A stretch of 61,313 bases of DNA from IMG/VR virus record IMGVR_UViG_3300046695_000002, positions 1 through 61,313 of that record; one strand, written 5' to 3'. Origin of the DNA: a virus (taxonomy: Duplodnaviria > Caudoviricetes). A program made the translations under genes and the position numbers. The stretch's first letter is position 1. Each line of letters starts with the position of its first letter. The notes below the pieces were generated by a model that did no database searches, was not told the DNA's origin, and worked only from the letters and a program-made list of their open reading frames with translations. Shown here piece by piece: positions 48,402 through 56,813 of the stretch.

Positions 48402-48425
48402 GCTGTTTATCTTTATAAAAAGTAA

Positions 48426-48677
48426 TTAACTTAACGCTTTCTCAACTGCTGAGCGCAATAGTAAATAAAAGTAAGGCAACTGACGTAGGATTAGAGTTTT
48501 CACTAGTCCGTCTTTCAAGACTATCTTTAAGTAATCTTCAAGTACAGTAAAGTTCTTATCGATGAACTCCAAGGCTTTATCTCCTGCCAGTGAACTAAGT
48601 CCATGAGTTTCGCCTTTAAAAGAAGGTGATACTTTAACATCCTCGTAGCGTTTCTCTAATTTTGCTAGATCGCTCAT
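48426..48677 (-). CDS. hypothetical protein
   Basis: RBS AAGGA. Confidence 0.6.
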   Translation of the reverse strand: MSDLAKLEKRYEDVKVSPSFKGETHGLSSLAGDKALEFIDKNFTVLEDYLKIVLKDGLVKTLILRQLPYFYLLLRSAVEKALS

Positions 48678-48680
48678 TAG

Positions 48681-48884
48681 TTAATTCCTTTCTTTAGGTA
48701 CGAGCCGTAAACCGACTCGCGCAGTTTCTTGTAATTCAGCTAGTTTAATATCCTTATCGCCTCGAACTTGATCTACAGCAGCTTGAATCTTGTTTCTACT
48801 ACCGGCTGGTGACTTAAGATATTCCAAAGGATCTACTTCTGCCCGGTGTCCGTCTTTCTGTTTAACATACCAGTGCATACTCAT
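48681..48884 (-). CDS. hypothetical protein
   Basis: ATGA-coupled ORF. Confidence 0.55.
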   Translation of the reverse strand: MSMHWYVKQKDGHRAEVDPLEYLKSPAGSRNKIQAAVDQVRGDKDIKLAELQETARVGLRLVPKERN

Positions 48885-49114
48885 CTCCCTAGCAACTTCT
48901 TTTCGATCTCGGTATGAGCTTCGACTACTCTCTCAGGTGTACAACCATAAGATATCAAGTAACGGCACATGGCTAGCATACCGCGATAGTGAGCCTTCTC
49001 TAACTCAATTGATTGAGCCATATCATTAGCTAAGCTTTCAACTGTAAGGACCGGCATGCCCAGTTCCTTTAACTGCTGAACTATATCTTTATCGTCTCGA
49101 TGCCGTTCTCTCAT
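48881..49114 (-). CDS. hypothetical protein
   Basis: ATGA-coupled ORF. Confidence 0.55.
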   Translation of the reverse strand: MRERHRDDKDIVQQLKELGMPVLTVESLANDMAQSIELEKAHYRGMLAMCRYLISYGCTPERVVEAHTEIEKKLLGR

Positions 49115-49317
49115 TTGAGTTTTCCTTTAAACCAAGCATCTCTTTGTAATTCAGTATTAAAGATAATTGTATAGTCCGGCTGGCCTCTTTCGCCGTCCTT
49201 AACGGGATTAATATAGAAATCAACATGTGTCGGATTAATGGAGCAAGGCTTTATGATCGAGAATTTGTCTAGGTTAACTAGTACGGATTCCGTGGGATGC
49301 TTTAACAGATGAGCCAT
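49111..49317 (-). CDS. hypothetical protein
   Basis: Start re-called to MAHLL, downstream of the terminator hairpin. Confidence 0.55.
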   Translation of the reverse strand: MAHLLKHPTESVLVNLDKFSIIKPCSINPTHVDFYINPVKDGERGQPDYTIIFNTELQRDAWFKGKLK

Positions 49318-49328
49318 GCTAAGTATCC

Positions 49329-49378
49329 AAAAAAAGGCAGCCGGATAGAGAATCGGGGTAAAGAGACTCCGGCTGCCT
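49329..49378 (-). terminator. intrinsic terminator with a 22-nt loop
   Basis: AGGCAGCCGGA-22 nt-TCCGGCTGCCT followed by a T run on the - strand. Confidence 0.75.
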
Positions 49379-49389
49379 CGTAGTAGCAT

Positions 49390-49551
49390 CTATTCAGTTA
49401 CATCATTAGCATCAACATCTGGTTCAGTGAAGGCAGGTTTTTCCTCTACCTTTTCTTCTGACTTAGGAGACTCTTCTTTAGCCTTGGCAGCTTCTCCTTT
49501 TAAAACACCTTTTTGAGTAAAATGCCTAGGAGTTTCTTTCTCATCTACCAT
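49390..49551 (-). CDS. 53-aa charged microprotein
   Basis: Own translation begins MVDEKETPRHFTQKGVLKGEAAKAKEE; strong RBS GGAGGT. Confidence 0.6.
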   Translation of the reverse strand: MVDEKETPRHFTQKGVLKGEAAKAKEESPKSEEKVEEKPAFTEPDVDANDVTE

Positions 49552-49561
49552 GATTACCTCC

Positions 49562-50272
49562 CTATAGGACGTTTAAACCAGCGGGCTCTGATGATTCTAA
49601 AGCTTTATCATAGCTCTCACCTACATCATCGGAAGCTTCAGGACTTGACTTAGCGGCTTCTACAGCATCATCAAGACCGGACAGTAGGTCAGGAGCTTTA
49701 ACCGCCGTGGCGAATCTAAAGCCGTCATCCTTGACTAATCTAATTCTTACAAGTCTGTAAGAAAATCCTTTATTATCAACATAGGGCTGCACTTGAGCCC
49801 GGACTAGATGACCCGCCTCGAACTCTTCGGGAGACCGGTCCTCCATGAAGATAATCCCACGAGAACCTGTGTTCTCGTCATTCTTAGCCACAATGAACCA
49901 ATGCCCAGGAAAGCCTTCATAGGCAGCTTTATCACCATCTCTAAAGATCGGCTGAGTAAGTGCAAACTTAGTCTCAAGATCTTTCTTAAAAGCAGTGAAA
50001 GAAGTTTTCTTGTTAGTCTTTTGCCATTCTTTCTGAGCATAGAAATCAGACATGTCATTACAAAGTTTCTGAATCTCTCTTAGTTGTGGCTTACTACTCT
50101 CGTCATCCTTGGGAAAAAGAATAGTTACTGCATATTTTCCCTTGCCAGTTCGTTCATTGGGAAACTTGTCGTTTCTCTTGGCTAGATACACGAAAGCTGC
50201 TCTCCCTACCGGAGTAAAGATATCAGTCCCATGTACACCGCCCATAGTATTTACAAAATATTTTGATTCCAT
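49562..50272 (-). CDS. single-stranded DNA-binding protein (DUF2815/T7 gp2.5-like)
   Basis: TP.GR.AFVYL, KY.VTILFPK, RDGD, G..VRA, acidic C-terminal tail; co-occurs with PolA and a DUF2800-like nuclease. Confidence 0.8.
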   Translation of the reverse strand: MESKYFVNTMGGVHGTDIFTPVGRAAFVYLAKRNDKFPNERTGKGKYAVTILFPKDDESSKPQLREIQKLCNDMSDFYAQKEWQKTNKKTSFTAFKKDLETKFALTQPIFRDGDKAAYEGFPGHWFIVAKNDENTGSRGIIFMEDRSPEEFEAGHLVRAQVQPYVDNKGFSYRLVRIRLVKDDGFRFATAVKAPDLLSGLDDAVEAAKSSPEASDDVGESYDKALESSEPAGLNVL

Positions 50273-50336
50273 GTTTCAATTTTCCATAAGTTAAGTTTTA
50301 CAGTACACTAAAGCTAGTTCATTTTAAGTTTCTAGT

Positions 50337-50522
50337 CTACTTTTCCATTTCTTCCACTTGTAAAGTCCACTCACCTAATACTCTCAAGTACTCTTGATAT
50401 TCCTCTTCACTGAGAGGCGTTATTTCACCTTCATCGGCCTGCATCTGAACTGTCATATTGCCTTCGTTAAGACAGATGCGTAGTTGCTTAGCTATCTTTT
50501 TTAGGTTTAGTTTCTTTGTCAT
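50337..50522 (-). CDS. hypothetical protein
   Basis: RBS GAGG; operon context. Confidence 0.5.
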   Translation of the reverse strand: MTKKLNLKKIAKQLRICLNEGNMTVQMQADEGEITPLSEEEYQEYLRVLGEWTLQVEEMEK

Positions 50523-50682
50523 CGAGTAATCCTCTAGCTCCTAATTGCCTCATTAAACCCAATTCATTCTGAATATTGCGCAGAATATGCTCTAATTGCC
50601 GGTTACTTTCTTTGAGACTGACTATCTCTTTACCAATCTTTTCAAGAAAACTTTTTATGGAAGTATTGGGATCTTTAGTCAC
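50488..50682 (-). CDS. hypothetical coiled-coil protein
   Basis: RBS GAGG; operon context. Confidence 0.5.
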   Translation of the reverse strand: MTKDPNTSIKSFLEKIGKEIVSLKESNRQLEHILRNIQNELGLMRQLGARGLLDDKETKPKKDS

Positions 50683-50738
50683 TTCAATTCCTCTGTAGGT
50701 AAATCGAGCGATTTCCAGGCCCGAACAGTTTCAACATG

Positions 50739-50990
50739 CTATGTTCCCCCTAGCTCCAATTGGTCACTCACAATCTTATTAACTTCTGAGTTAGTCATCC
50801 CACCCAATGACGGAACTATAATTTCGCCTATATATTCGATGTCACCGTTTGCATATGAAAGCCCTAGAGCCCAATCGCCCTCGAATAACCAAAAGTCTTT
50901 GTAAAAATTACAGCACTCGTTTGCCTCTAAGTCTTGCTTAAGCTCATCGTTCATCTTGTGAACACGTAAGACGGATACGTAGAATTCCAT
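50739..50990 (-). CDS. hypothetical protein
   Basis: TAATG coupling. Confidence 0.5.
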   Translation of the reverse strand: MEFYVSVLRVHKMNDELKQDLEANECCNFYKDFWLFEGDWALGLSYANGDIEYIGEIIVPSLGGMTNSEVNKIVSDQLELGGT

Positions 50991-51229
50991 TAACCTAGCT
51001 CCAGTTGATCGCGGAGTTCGGCTAGTTCCTCATATCTTTCTAGCGCCTGATTCTCGGTTCCTTCTGACTCACATTCCTTCCTCGCCGCTCGCAATTGCTC
51101 CACAAGGTCTAAGAGGGGTTTGAGCTGGTCGCGCATCCACATAGCACCGTCTGCCCAAGGGAGTAGGAATGAATGCCCTTTGAAACTACGTGCTTCCTCT
51201 TCAATCTCCTCATCACTTGGGATTTTCAT
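50990..51229 (-). CDS. hypothetical protein (DEEIEE...GAxWMR type)
   Basis: RBS AGGAG; motif common in small phage ORFs. Confidence 0.6.
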   Translation of the reverse strand: MKIPSDEEIEEEARSFKGHSFLLPWADGAMWMRDQLKPLLDLVEQLRAARKECESEGTENQALERYEELAELRDQLELG

Positions 51230-51920
51230 CTTGCTCCTTCTCGAACTGGGCGATTAGTTTTCGTGCCTCGTCTTCTCTAAGAGGGTATGGGGCAAGCGAA
51301 CGAAACTCTTCCGCTGTCCATTGCACTAGCTTCACTTCCCGCGCTCGCAATTTGTCGTTTTCTAGTTGCATCTCGCTTTTAAGATATTGACCGTAATTGC
51401 AATAGCGATTGGCTGTCTCGTGATATACACGTTCGGTTTCGGCTTTAGCCTCTTCTAGCTGCACCTTCAGTTGTTCGATAATATCTCCATAAGAACTGTT
51501 GGCCTGCCTCAACCCTATGCAATTTTCGTGATGATGCTCTATCTCTGAGAACATGTTCACTTCCCGCGCTTTGATTGCTTCTAGTTCTGTTTTTACTTTC
51601 CTATATGCTTGCCCTGAAATCGAGTCTCTAAGCGTGTGCAGCTTATCGTGCATTATTCTTAAATCGGAATACTCTTGGTGAATTCGTTCGTTGGTTTCGC
51701 AAAGGGTCTTGTAGTTTTTCTTCAGCTCATTCCGCTCGGCTGCTGTAATCTCATGAGCCATACGTACTCCTACTAGATCGGCTTCTAGTTGAAGGACGTG
51801 ATCGCGAATATCTTTCAATTGAGCGCGGCAAATGGTGACACTGACTGTGCCGGTCCTGTCGCAATTGTGCATAAGCTCATGCAACCATTCCGGCCGTCGC
51901 CCCGGATGCTCTTCTGTCAT
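51213..51920 (-). CDS. hypothetical coiled-coil protein
   Basis: 235-aa ORF, ATGA-type coupling. Confidence 0.65.
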   Translation of the reverse strand: MTEEHPGRRPEWLHELMHNCDRTGTVSVTICRAQLKDIRDHVLQLEADLVGVRMAHEITAAERNELKKNYKTLCETNERIHQEYSDLRIMHDKLHTLRDSISGQAYRKVKTELEAIKAREVNMFSEIEHHHENCIGLRQANSSYGDIIEQLKVQLEEAKAETERVYHETANRYCNYGQYLKSEMQLENDKLRAREVKLVQWTAEEFRSLAPYPLREDEARKLIAQFEKEQDENPK

Positions 51921-52558
51921 TTACACAGCCCTTCATACATACACTTATATTCTTGTAGCTCTTTTACTTTAGCTTCTAGTTGCAGGATGTAGTCATGTAT
52001 TTCTCTAGCTTCACTCTTGTGTATCTCAAAGGTACTAAACCAGCCTTCATCGGGATCTATTCGAAGATGAGTTTCTAACCGCTCCCACCACGGCCACGCT
52101 TTCCCTTTTTCTAATTCCGTCCACATTGTTTGATGTCCATGGCACACTTCTTTATTACAAATTATGCAATAGGCTGCATTGGAGTGTTCTTTTACTGGCT
52201 TGAATTCATGTATTCCCACAATTGTTGCCGCAAAAGGCAAACTAAATCGCATGACGTCTTCATTGGTCCTATTATTGCGAACAGTAACGGTCTCGTTAGC
52301 CTTTACGCGCAAGCCTCCTAAATTAGCCGGATGCTCAATTTCTTCTAAGCTAGCTTCGGCACCTTCAGCTTTTTCTAGTGTACGTTTCACCTTTCGTTCA
52401 CTCTCTGCACATGGAGGACATATCTCCTGGCCTTCTGAATCCAAACAATAAAGGTTGTAACCTCTTCCGCATTTAGCGCAGTGACCCTTCCATTGTTTTA
52501 CTTTTTCGTCACGGTCAAACTTAATACGGAGTCCTGTTATCTCCTTAGGTTCGCACAT
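51917..52558 (-). CDS. hypothetical Zn-finger mosaic protein
   Basis: CAKC, CPPC and CIIC motifs; RBS GGAGG. Confidence 0.65.
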   Translation of the reverse strand: MCEPKEITGLRIKFDRDEKVKQWKGHCAKCGRGYNLYCLDSEGQEICPPCAESERKVKRTLEKAEGAEASLEEIEHPANLGGLRVKANETVTVRNNRTNEDVMRFSLPFAATIVGIHEFKPVKEHSNAAYCIICNKEVCHGHQTMWTELEKGKAWPWWERLETHLRIDPDEGWFSTFEIHKSEAREIHDYILQLEAKVKELQEYKCMYEGLCK

Positions 52559-52752
52559 TTCTCCTCCGGCATCTCTATGCTACAATTAGATCTCACTCTA
52601 TTTACCCACTGTCGGAAACGCTTCTCTTCGGCAGTCAATATCACAGGCTGTTTATTACCAAGAGTACGGTGGCACTGATTGCAGCAAATCTGGATCTCGC
52701 CATATTCATTAGGACGCTCGTAACTGCCTTTATTACATTTACAAGTTTTCAT
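52537..52752 (-). CDS. small Cys-rich hypothetical protein
   Basis: CKC and CCNQC; RBS present. Confidence 0.55.
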   Translation of the reverse strand: MKTCKCNKGSYERPNEYGEIQICCNQCHRTLGNKQPVILTAEEKRFRQWVNRVRSNCSIEMPEEKCANLRR

Positions 52753-52996
52753 CCCCTTCCTCCGGCATCACTTTACCAGTTCTCCCCACTCGATTAATCA
52801 TTCCGCTTTTAAGAACCGTGAGATCCAAAATGTTTCCGTCAATATCTTCCACACGAATAATTTCACCCGATTTAACAGATAATCCTAGTCGGGTAACTTC
52901 ACGCTCGAATTTGCAAGCTTGACAGACTAAAAGGCCGTTCCCGGTAGAAGGGAGTTTTATATACAAATGTTCGTCACCACATTCAGGACATTTCAT
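52739..52996 (-). CDS. Zn-ribbon protein (paralog of 53638-53868)
   Basis: MKCPECG...CQAC...SVKSGEII. Confidence 0.65.
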   Translation of the reverse strand: MKCPECGDEHLYIKLPSTGNGLLVCQACKFEREVTRLGLSVKSGEIIRVEDIDGNILDLTVLKSGMINRVGRTGKVMPEEGDENL

Positions 52997-52999
52997 TTC

Positions 53000-53161
53000 T
53001 CACCGTCCGGCATTATTCTTCTTTAGAATTTCCTTTGCCTCTTCGTTAAACACTTCTGTAAGCCACTGGAGCACTCTTAATGCATTTTGAAGAGGAAGAT
53101 GTCGGAGAATAGTATAAATCTGCATAGCGTATTCCAGCTCTTTCTCTATGTATTCGTTCAT
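53000..53161 (-). CDS. 53-aa hypothetical protein
   Basis: Own translation: MNEYIEKELEYAMQIYTILRHLPLQNALRVLQWLTEVFNEEAKEILKKNNAGR; ATGA-coupled. Confidence 0.55.
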   Translation of the reverse strand: MNEYIEKELEYAMQIYTILRHLPLQNALRVLQWLTEVFNEEAKEILKKNNAGR

Positions 53162-53340
53162 TCCCTTTTCTCCGGCATTAAATCTTGCAGCGCGTAGCGA
53201 ATAAACTCGTTAACCATATCTTGAGGATCGGGGGTCTTCAGATACATCGCCCATAGCCGCTTGTCCTTTAGGTCCGGCCACCTAATCGCCTTCACCTGCT
53301 CGGGGGTGAGCTTTTCAGGTTCAGCGCAATCGCTTTTCAT
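53158..53340 (-). CDS. hypothetical protein (paralog of 53337-53645)
   Basis: MKSDC...KLTP.QV.AI...AL.DL shared. Confidence 0.6.
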   Translation of the reverse strand: MKSDCAEPEKLTPEQVKAIRWPDLKDKRLWAMYLKTPDPQDMVNEFIRYALQDLMPEKRE

Positions 53341-53645
53341 TCTGGACTCCTCTTCTCAAGCAAATCTTCCAAGGCATGATTCATAAAAGCCTCAAGCAGG
53401 AAGCGTATATCCGCCGGGTCTCCGTCAAGTGCTGGATAACTTTCTAAGTAATTTATTATCCATTCTTTAGTAGCTGGTTTAATCGCCTCCACTTGCGAGG
53501 GGGTGAGCTTGGGAATATGCGTCTCAAATGTGATGTTCACACCTGGATTGTCATCCAATATTTTCTGTTGCTCGGGTGTGAAGCAATCACTTTTCATATC
53601 CTCGCCTATCTTTATTAAGCAGACTTTCTTAAAGACTTTATCCAT
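53337..53645 (-). CDS. hypothetical protein
   Basis: Contains MKSDC and KLTPSQVEAI. Confidence 0.6.
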   Translation of the reverse strand: MDKVFKKVCLIKIGEDMKSDCFTPEQQKILDDNPGVNITFETHIPKLTPSQVEAIKPATKEWIINYLESYPALDGDPADIRFLLEAFMNHALEDLLEKRSPE

Positions 53646-53868
53646 TAGCCTTTCTTACAATTCCGATTTTGTTAAGTCTCCCCTCTTTTTGTATCATCAT
53701 TGAGATCGGAGCTTCTCCGGTCTCAAAAGTAATAATAAGTATATCGCCTTCTTTGACGCTTACATTTATAGGCCATTTTTCGTAGTAACAATTCGCACAG
53801 AACATAAAAGGACCGCTGTCTGAATCGCCAGGCAAGTATTGTGTGCCACCACAACGAGGACATTTCAT
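53638..53868 (-). CDS. Zn-ribbon protein
   Basis: MKCPRCG...CANC...SVKEGDIL. Confidence 0.65.
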   Translation of the reverse strand: MKCPRCGGTQYLPGDSDSGPFMFCANCYYEKWPINVSVKEGDILIITFETGEAPISMMIQKEGRLNKIGIVRKANG

Positions 53869-55103
53869 ATCGTTTCCTCTGCACCTAGTTCGATTTCATC
53901 CAATCCAAACAAAAGATCCTTAGCTACAATATCAATGGCCGGCCTTTTATCTTCTAGTAAGGCAATCTTAGGTGGTGGTAAGGGCTTCTCCGTCAAAGTG
54001 TACATGATTGCATCTACTTGGGTCTTCTTAAGTCCCGCTTCTTTAAGTTTCCTTTCAGCCGTACCGAGATTCACTACGTTTTCTACGATCGGATCTATAC
54101 CGGCTGCTCTGAGTGTATCCTTAGTAATCTCTTCGTCTCTCCATCTTCTCTTAGCTACTCCAGCTATTATTTTAAGGCCGTCTAATGGCTTACCTTCGGA
54201 GAACCTATGAATAATGTGACTCCTAACAGCTGATATGTATTTCTCAACTTTATCGGAATGTTTCCAGATGTTGATCAAACTCTCATCAGACAGTTTATCG
54301 ACAGAAGGAAGTTCTTTGTCTGTAGGAACTAAATCCATCTGACGGGACAAGTACTGATTATAAGTTTTACACGTAGCTTGAGCCCGGCAGTATTGGCAGT
54401 ATTCCCCAACTTTATATTTAGGTTTTTCTTTTTTACTCTCAGCAATCGCTTTAAAGATGTTCTTAGTAATAGATTCTATTTTCTTTTTACTGAACACATG
54501 ACATGTGTACGGTTCTTCACTCGTTGGCTGGAACACGAAGGCTTTGAATACTTCAATGGATACTCCTTTAGCCTTGGCCCGCTCATTGGCGGCTGCAAGG
54601 TAGAATTGCAATTGCTCTGAGGTGGGATCAACTCGGTGGTAGCCTGTTTTGAGATCCCCGAGCGAAAGTGTAATTTGGTTTTTATCGTTTCTATAAAGGA
54701 CTGTAACATCTGCTGTTCCTCCTGCGTATAATTCTTCACTTAACATCAACTTATGTTCTATGTAGATCATTTTTCCAGTAATGATCTCTTCAAGTACGTT
54801 CTTCCAGAGTACTTTCCAGAACTCTTGAGCTAGCTCAAGGCCATCACTAGGCCAATCGGGTATGTCTGCGTACAAAACCTCATTAGAGGGTACAGGGACC
54901 CCGTTAAGGAGATGGTTAATCTCTGCCTTCACTTTCCTTTCCAGGATACCCGTGTGAAGGGCCGTGCCCCTTACAGCAGCCGGCCCTGCTGCTTGGGGAG
55001 GCAATTGCGCCATCTCGGCAACCCAGCCGTAGCAATTCATCCAGAAAGGGGCAGTTGATCCTCCATATTTGTGATGTTCTTTCTCGGTTAACAGATCGGT
55101 CAT
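53865..55103 (-). CDS. DUF2800-like PD-(D/E)XK (Cas4/RecB-like) nuclease
   Basis: H..YGGS....W..C, AA.RGTALH, IE, GTAD, DLKTG, QL..Y, G..C.YC.A...C, G.K...G...RRW. Confidence 0.88.
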   Translation of the reverse strand: MTDLLTEKEHHKYGGSTAPFWMNCYGWVAEMAQLPPQAAGPAAVRGTALHTGILERKVKAEINHLLNGVPVPSNEVLYADIPDWPSDGLELAQEFWKVLWKNVLEEIITGKMIYIEHKLMLSEELYAGGTADVTVLYRNDKNQITLSLGDLKTGYHRVDPTSEQLQFYLAAANERAKAKGVSIEVFKAFVFQPTSEEPYTCHVFSKKKIESITKNIFKAIAESKKEKPKYKVGEYCQYCRAQATCKTYNQYLSRQMDLVPTDKELPSVDKLSDESLINIWKHSDKVEKYISAVRSHIIHRFSEGKPLDGLKIIAGVAKRRWRDEEITKDTLRAAGIDPIVENVVNLGTAERKLKEAGLKKTQVDAIMYTLTEKPLPPPKIALLEDKRPAIDIVAKDLLFGLDEIELGAEETI

Positions 55104-55563
55104 TTTCTGCCTCTTTAACTTGCCGTGCTAACAAAGCGATTTCTTCTTTCACGAAATCGATATTCTTGTAAGTCGAACCGTACAACAGACATTCATTGTG
55201 AAAGCTAGGAATCACATCCCAGGCATGAGCACAATCGAAGTCTAACCACCAAACTTTGGCAGGTTCGCCGGGTTCAGGAATGTGACAGATCCCACCACTC
55301 TCTCCCTCTTTTTCTTGACAAAACTCCGAGTAGGTCAGTCCTCCATGAACTTCGAGATCAATTTCGTGATAATCTTTTCCGTAATATGGATGACCAAAAG
55401 AAACACCTACGTAACCACATAGAGCACCAAAATGATTTCTCACGATCAGGCACGGTAGGCCCGTAGCCTCGTCCTCGTATTGGATCTTATCCGGCTCTTT
55501 ATCCCACTCGCCTCGCTTCCAGGAGGTACGATCTAGAATGCCGTGGTATTTAATGGTCTTCAT
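54916..55563 (-). CDS. conserved phage protein (CGYV...VHGGLTY...FDCAH type)
   Basis: Recognisable motifs; the last ~60 codons overlap the nuclease gene. Confidence 0.75.
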   Translation of the reverse strand: MKTIKYHGILDRTSWKRGEWDKEPDKIQYEDEATGLPCLIVRNHFGALCGYVGVSFGHPYYGKDYHEIDLEVHGGLTYSEFCQEKEGESGGICHIPEPGEPAKVWWLDFDCAHAWDVIPSFHNECLLYGSTYKNIDFVKEEIALLARQVKEAENDRSVNRERTSQIWRINCPFLDELLRLGCRDGAIASPSSRAGCCKGHGPSHGYPGKESEGRD

Positions 55564-55988
55564 GTCTCTCCAATTGCAGGCAATGTTATAGCCTTCCAGT
55601 AAAGAATCTTTCGCTTACCGTTCATTTCGATATCATCATCTAAGATCCAGCCATTGTGATTAGACTGGACCGATTCTTTATCGAACTGTCCAACTCGAAC
55701 GTCAGACCTGCCAGTATGTAGTTCATAGACGCACAAGACTCTTTGAGATTTCATAGGCGTCACGGAAGGTTCTTTCCAATCCGCTGATAAGGCTAACTCT
55801 ACTCCGGCTTTCAAATAAGTAAGGGCAATATGAAAGCGCCTTACTATCTCCACTCCCCAAGCATTGTCAGAAGGCTTAATCAGGTCTTTAACCAGTTCGT
55901 CTACCTTGCCTTCGTAATGCGGCAAGCCGATATCTTTCAGTTCCTTGGTTAAATCTTCCCGCAATTGCTGCACACGTTTATTCATCAT
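55560..55988 (-). CDS. hypothetical protein with DUF551-like C-terminus
   Basis: W......P...Q.VL...ILYWKAITLP. Confidence 0.55.
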   Translation of the reverse strand: MMNKRVQQLREDLTKELKDIGLPHYEGKVDELVKDLIKPSDNAWGVEIVRRFHIALTYLKAGVELALSADWKEPSVTPMKSQRVLCVYELHTGRSDVRVGQFDKESVQSNHNGWILDDDIEMNGKRKILYWKAITLPAIGET

Positions 55989-56203
55989 CTAGTTATTTCC
56001 ACATCTAACCAATAGTCTTTGGCATATTCTTGGATTAGCGCTTTCACTTCATCAAAAGGTCCTTGTAGAAAACCTATCTGCTGCCCGTTAGGATCAAAAC
56101 AAGCCACCATATTAGGTAAATGTTCAAAGATAATAATTTTATCTAGCTTAGGCTTTGAGCTCGCCTCATAGAGTTTACGTCTCAAGGAATCGGAGATAAT
56201 CAT
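55985..56203 (-). CDS. hypothetical protein
   Basis: ATGA-coupled ORF. Confidence 0.55.
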   Translation of the reverse strand: MIISDSLRRKLYEASSKPKLDKIIIFEHLPNMVACFDPNGQQIGFLQGPFDEVKALIQEYAKDYWLDVEITR

Positions 56204-56469
56204 TCTTGTCCTTTATATTGATCTCTAACTTTTATTAAAGCGTGGATAAGCCAATCAAGAGAATCAGTAGAGTCTATTTTAAACGCTACGCTATCCACAT
56301 CATCTTTACCGATGCTTACAACTCCATGGCGCTTATTATGTATAACGGATAAACCACTATTTAACTTTTCATTCATTTGTGTCACGGCACCATCGTAGTT
56401 AATAGAGTTAGCATGAATGGCTAAGAGAAGTTCTAGGTCTGGAGTAAAAGTAGTTAGTTTATCATTCAT
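56200..56469 (-). CDS. hypothetical protein
   Basis: RBS GAGGTG within a junction repeat. Confidence 0.6.
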   Translation of the reverse strand: MNDKLTTFTPDLELLLAIHANSINYDGAVTQMNEKLNSGLSVIHNKRHGVVSIGKDDVDSVAFKIDSTDSLDWLIHALIKVRDQYKGQE

Positions 56470-56813
56470 ACTCTCACCTCACCCTGTCCAATATTCAAGT
56501 GTAAACCTAGGAGACATGTCGATAATCTCTCTCATTCCAATTTCTTCTAGAATAAAGTCAGTAGCCGAAAAGAAAAGATGCATTAGATGATTCTCGAAAA
56601 ATGCAGCACGAAGTTTAGCCTCTAAAGGGATACTATTAGATACTCTCAACCGGCCATTTATACTACTCTGACCGTTTAAGGCTTGTTCAATAAGAGAGTC
56701 AGTAATCTTTACCCGATAGACAACACTATTAATTTCATTCACACTCCCACCTCACTAAATGGACTGTTAGAATGTAATAGTATACTTTATAGCTCATACT
56801 CCCACCTCACTAA
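56466..56813 (-). repeat. three 17-bp gene-junction direct repeats
   Basis: GTGAGGTG(G/A)GAGT(A/G)TGA at 56466-56482, 56739-56755 and 56794-56810. Confidence 0.85.
56479..56742 (-). CDS. hypothetical protein
   Basis: GTG start and RBS GAGGTG within a junction repeat. Confidence 0.6.
   Translation of the reverse strand: MNEINSVVYRVKITDSLIEQALNGQSSINGRLRVSNSIPLEAKLRAAFFENHLMHLFFSATDFILEEIGMREIIDMSPRFTLEYWTG

Noticed and set aside
49318-49389. N-terminal extension of the 49111-49389 ORF
   Set aside because: It runs through the terminator hairpin; ATG 49317 is the more plausible start
53865-55103. CRISPR-associated Cas4
   Set aside because: Motifs and context (SSB, PolA, SNF2 helicase) fit the ordinary phage DUF2800-type nuclease
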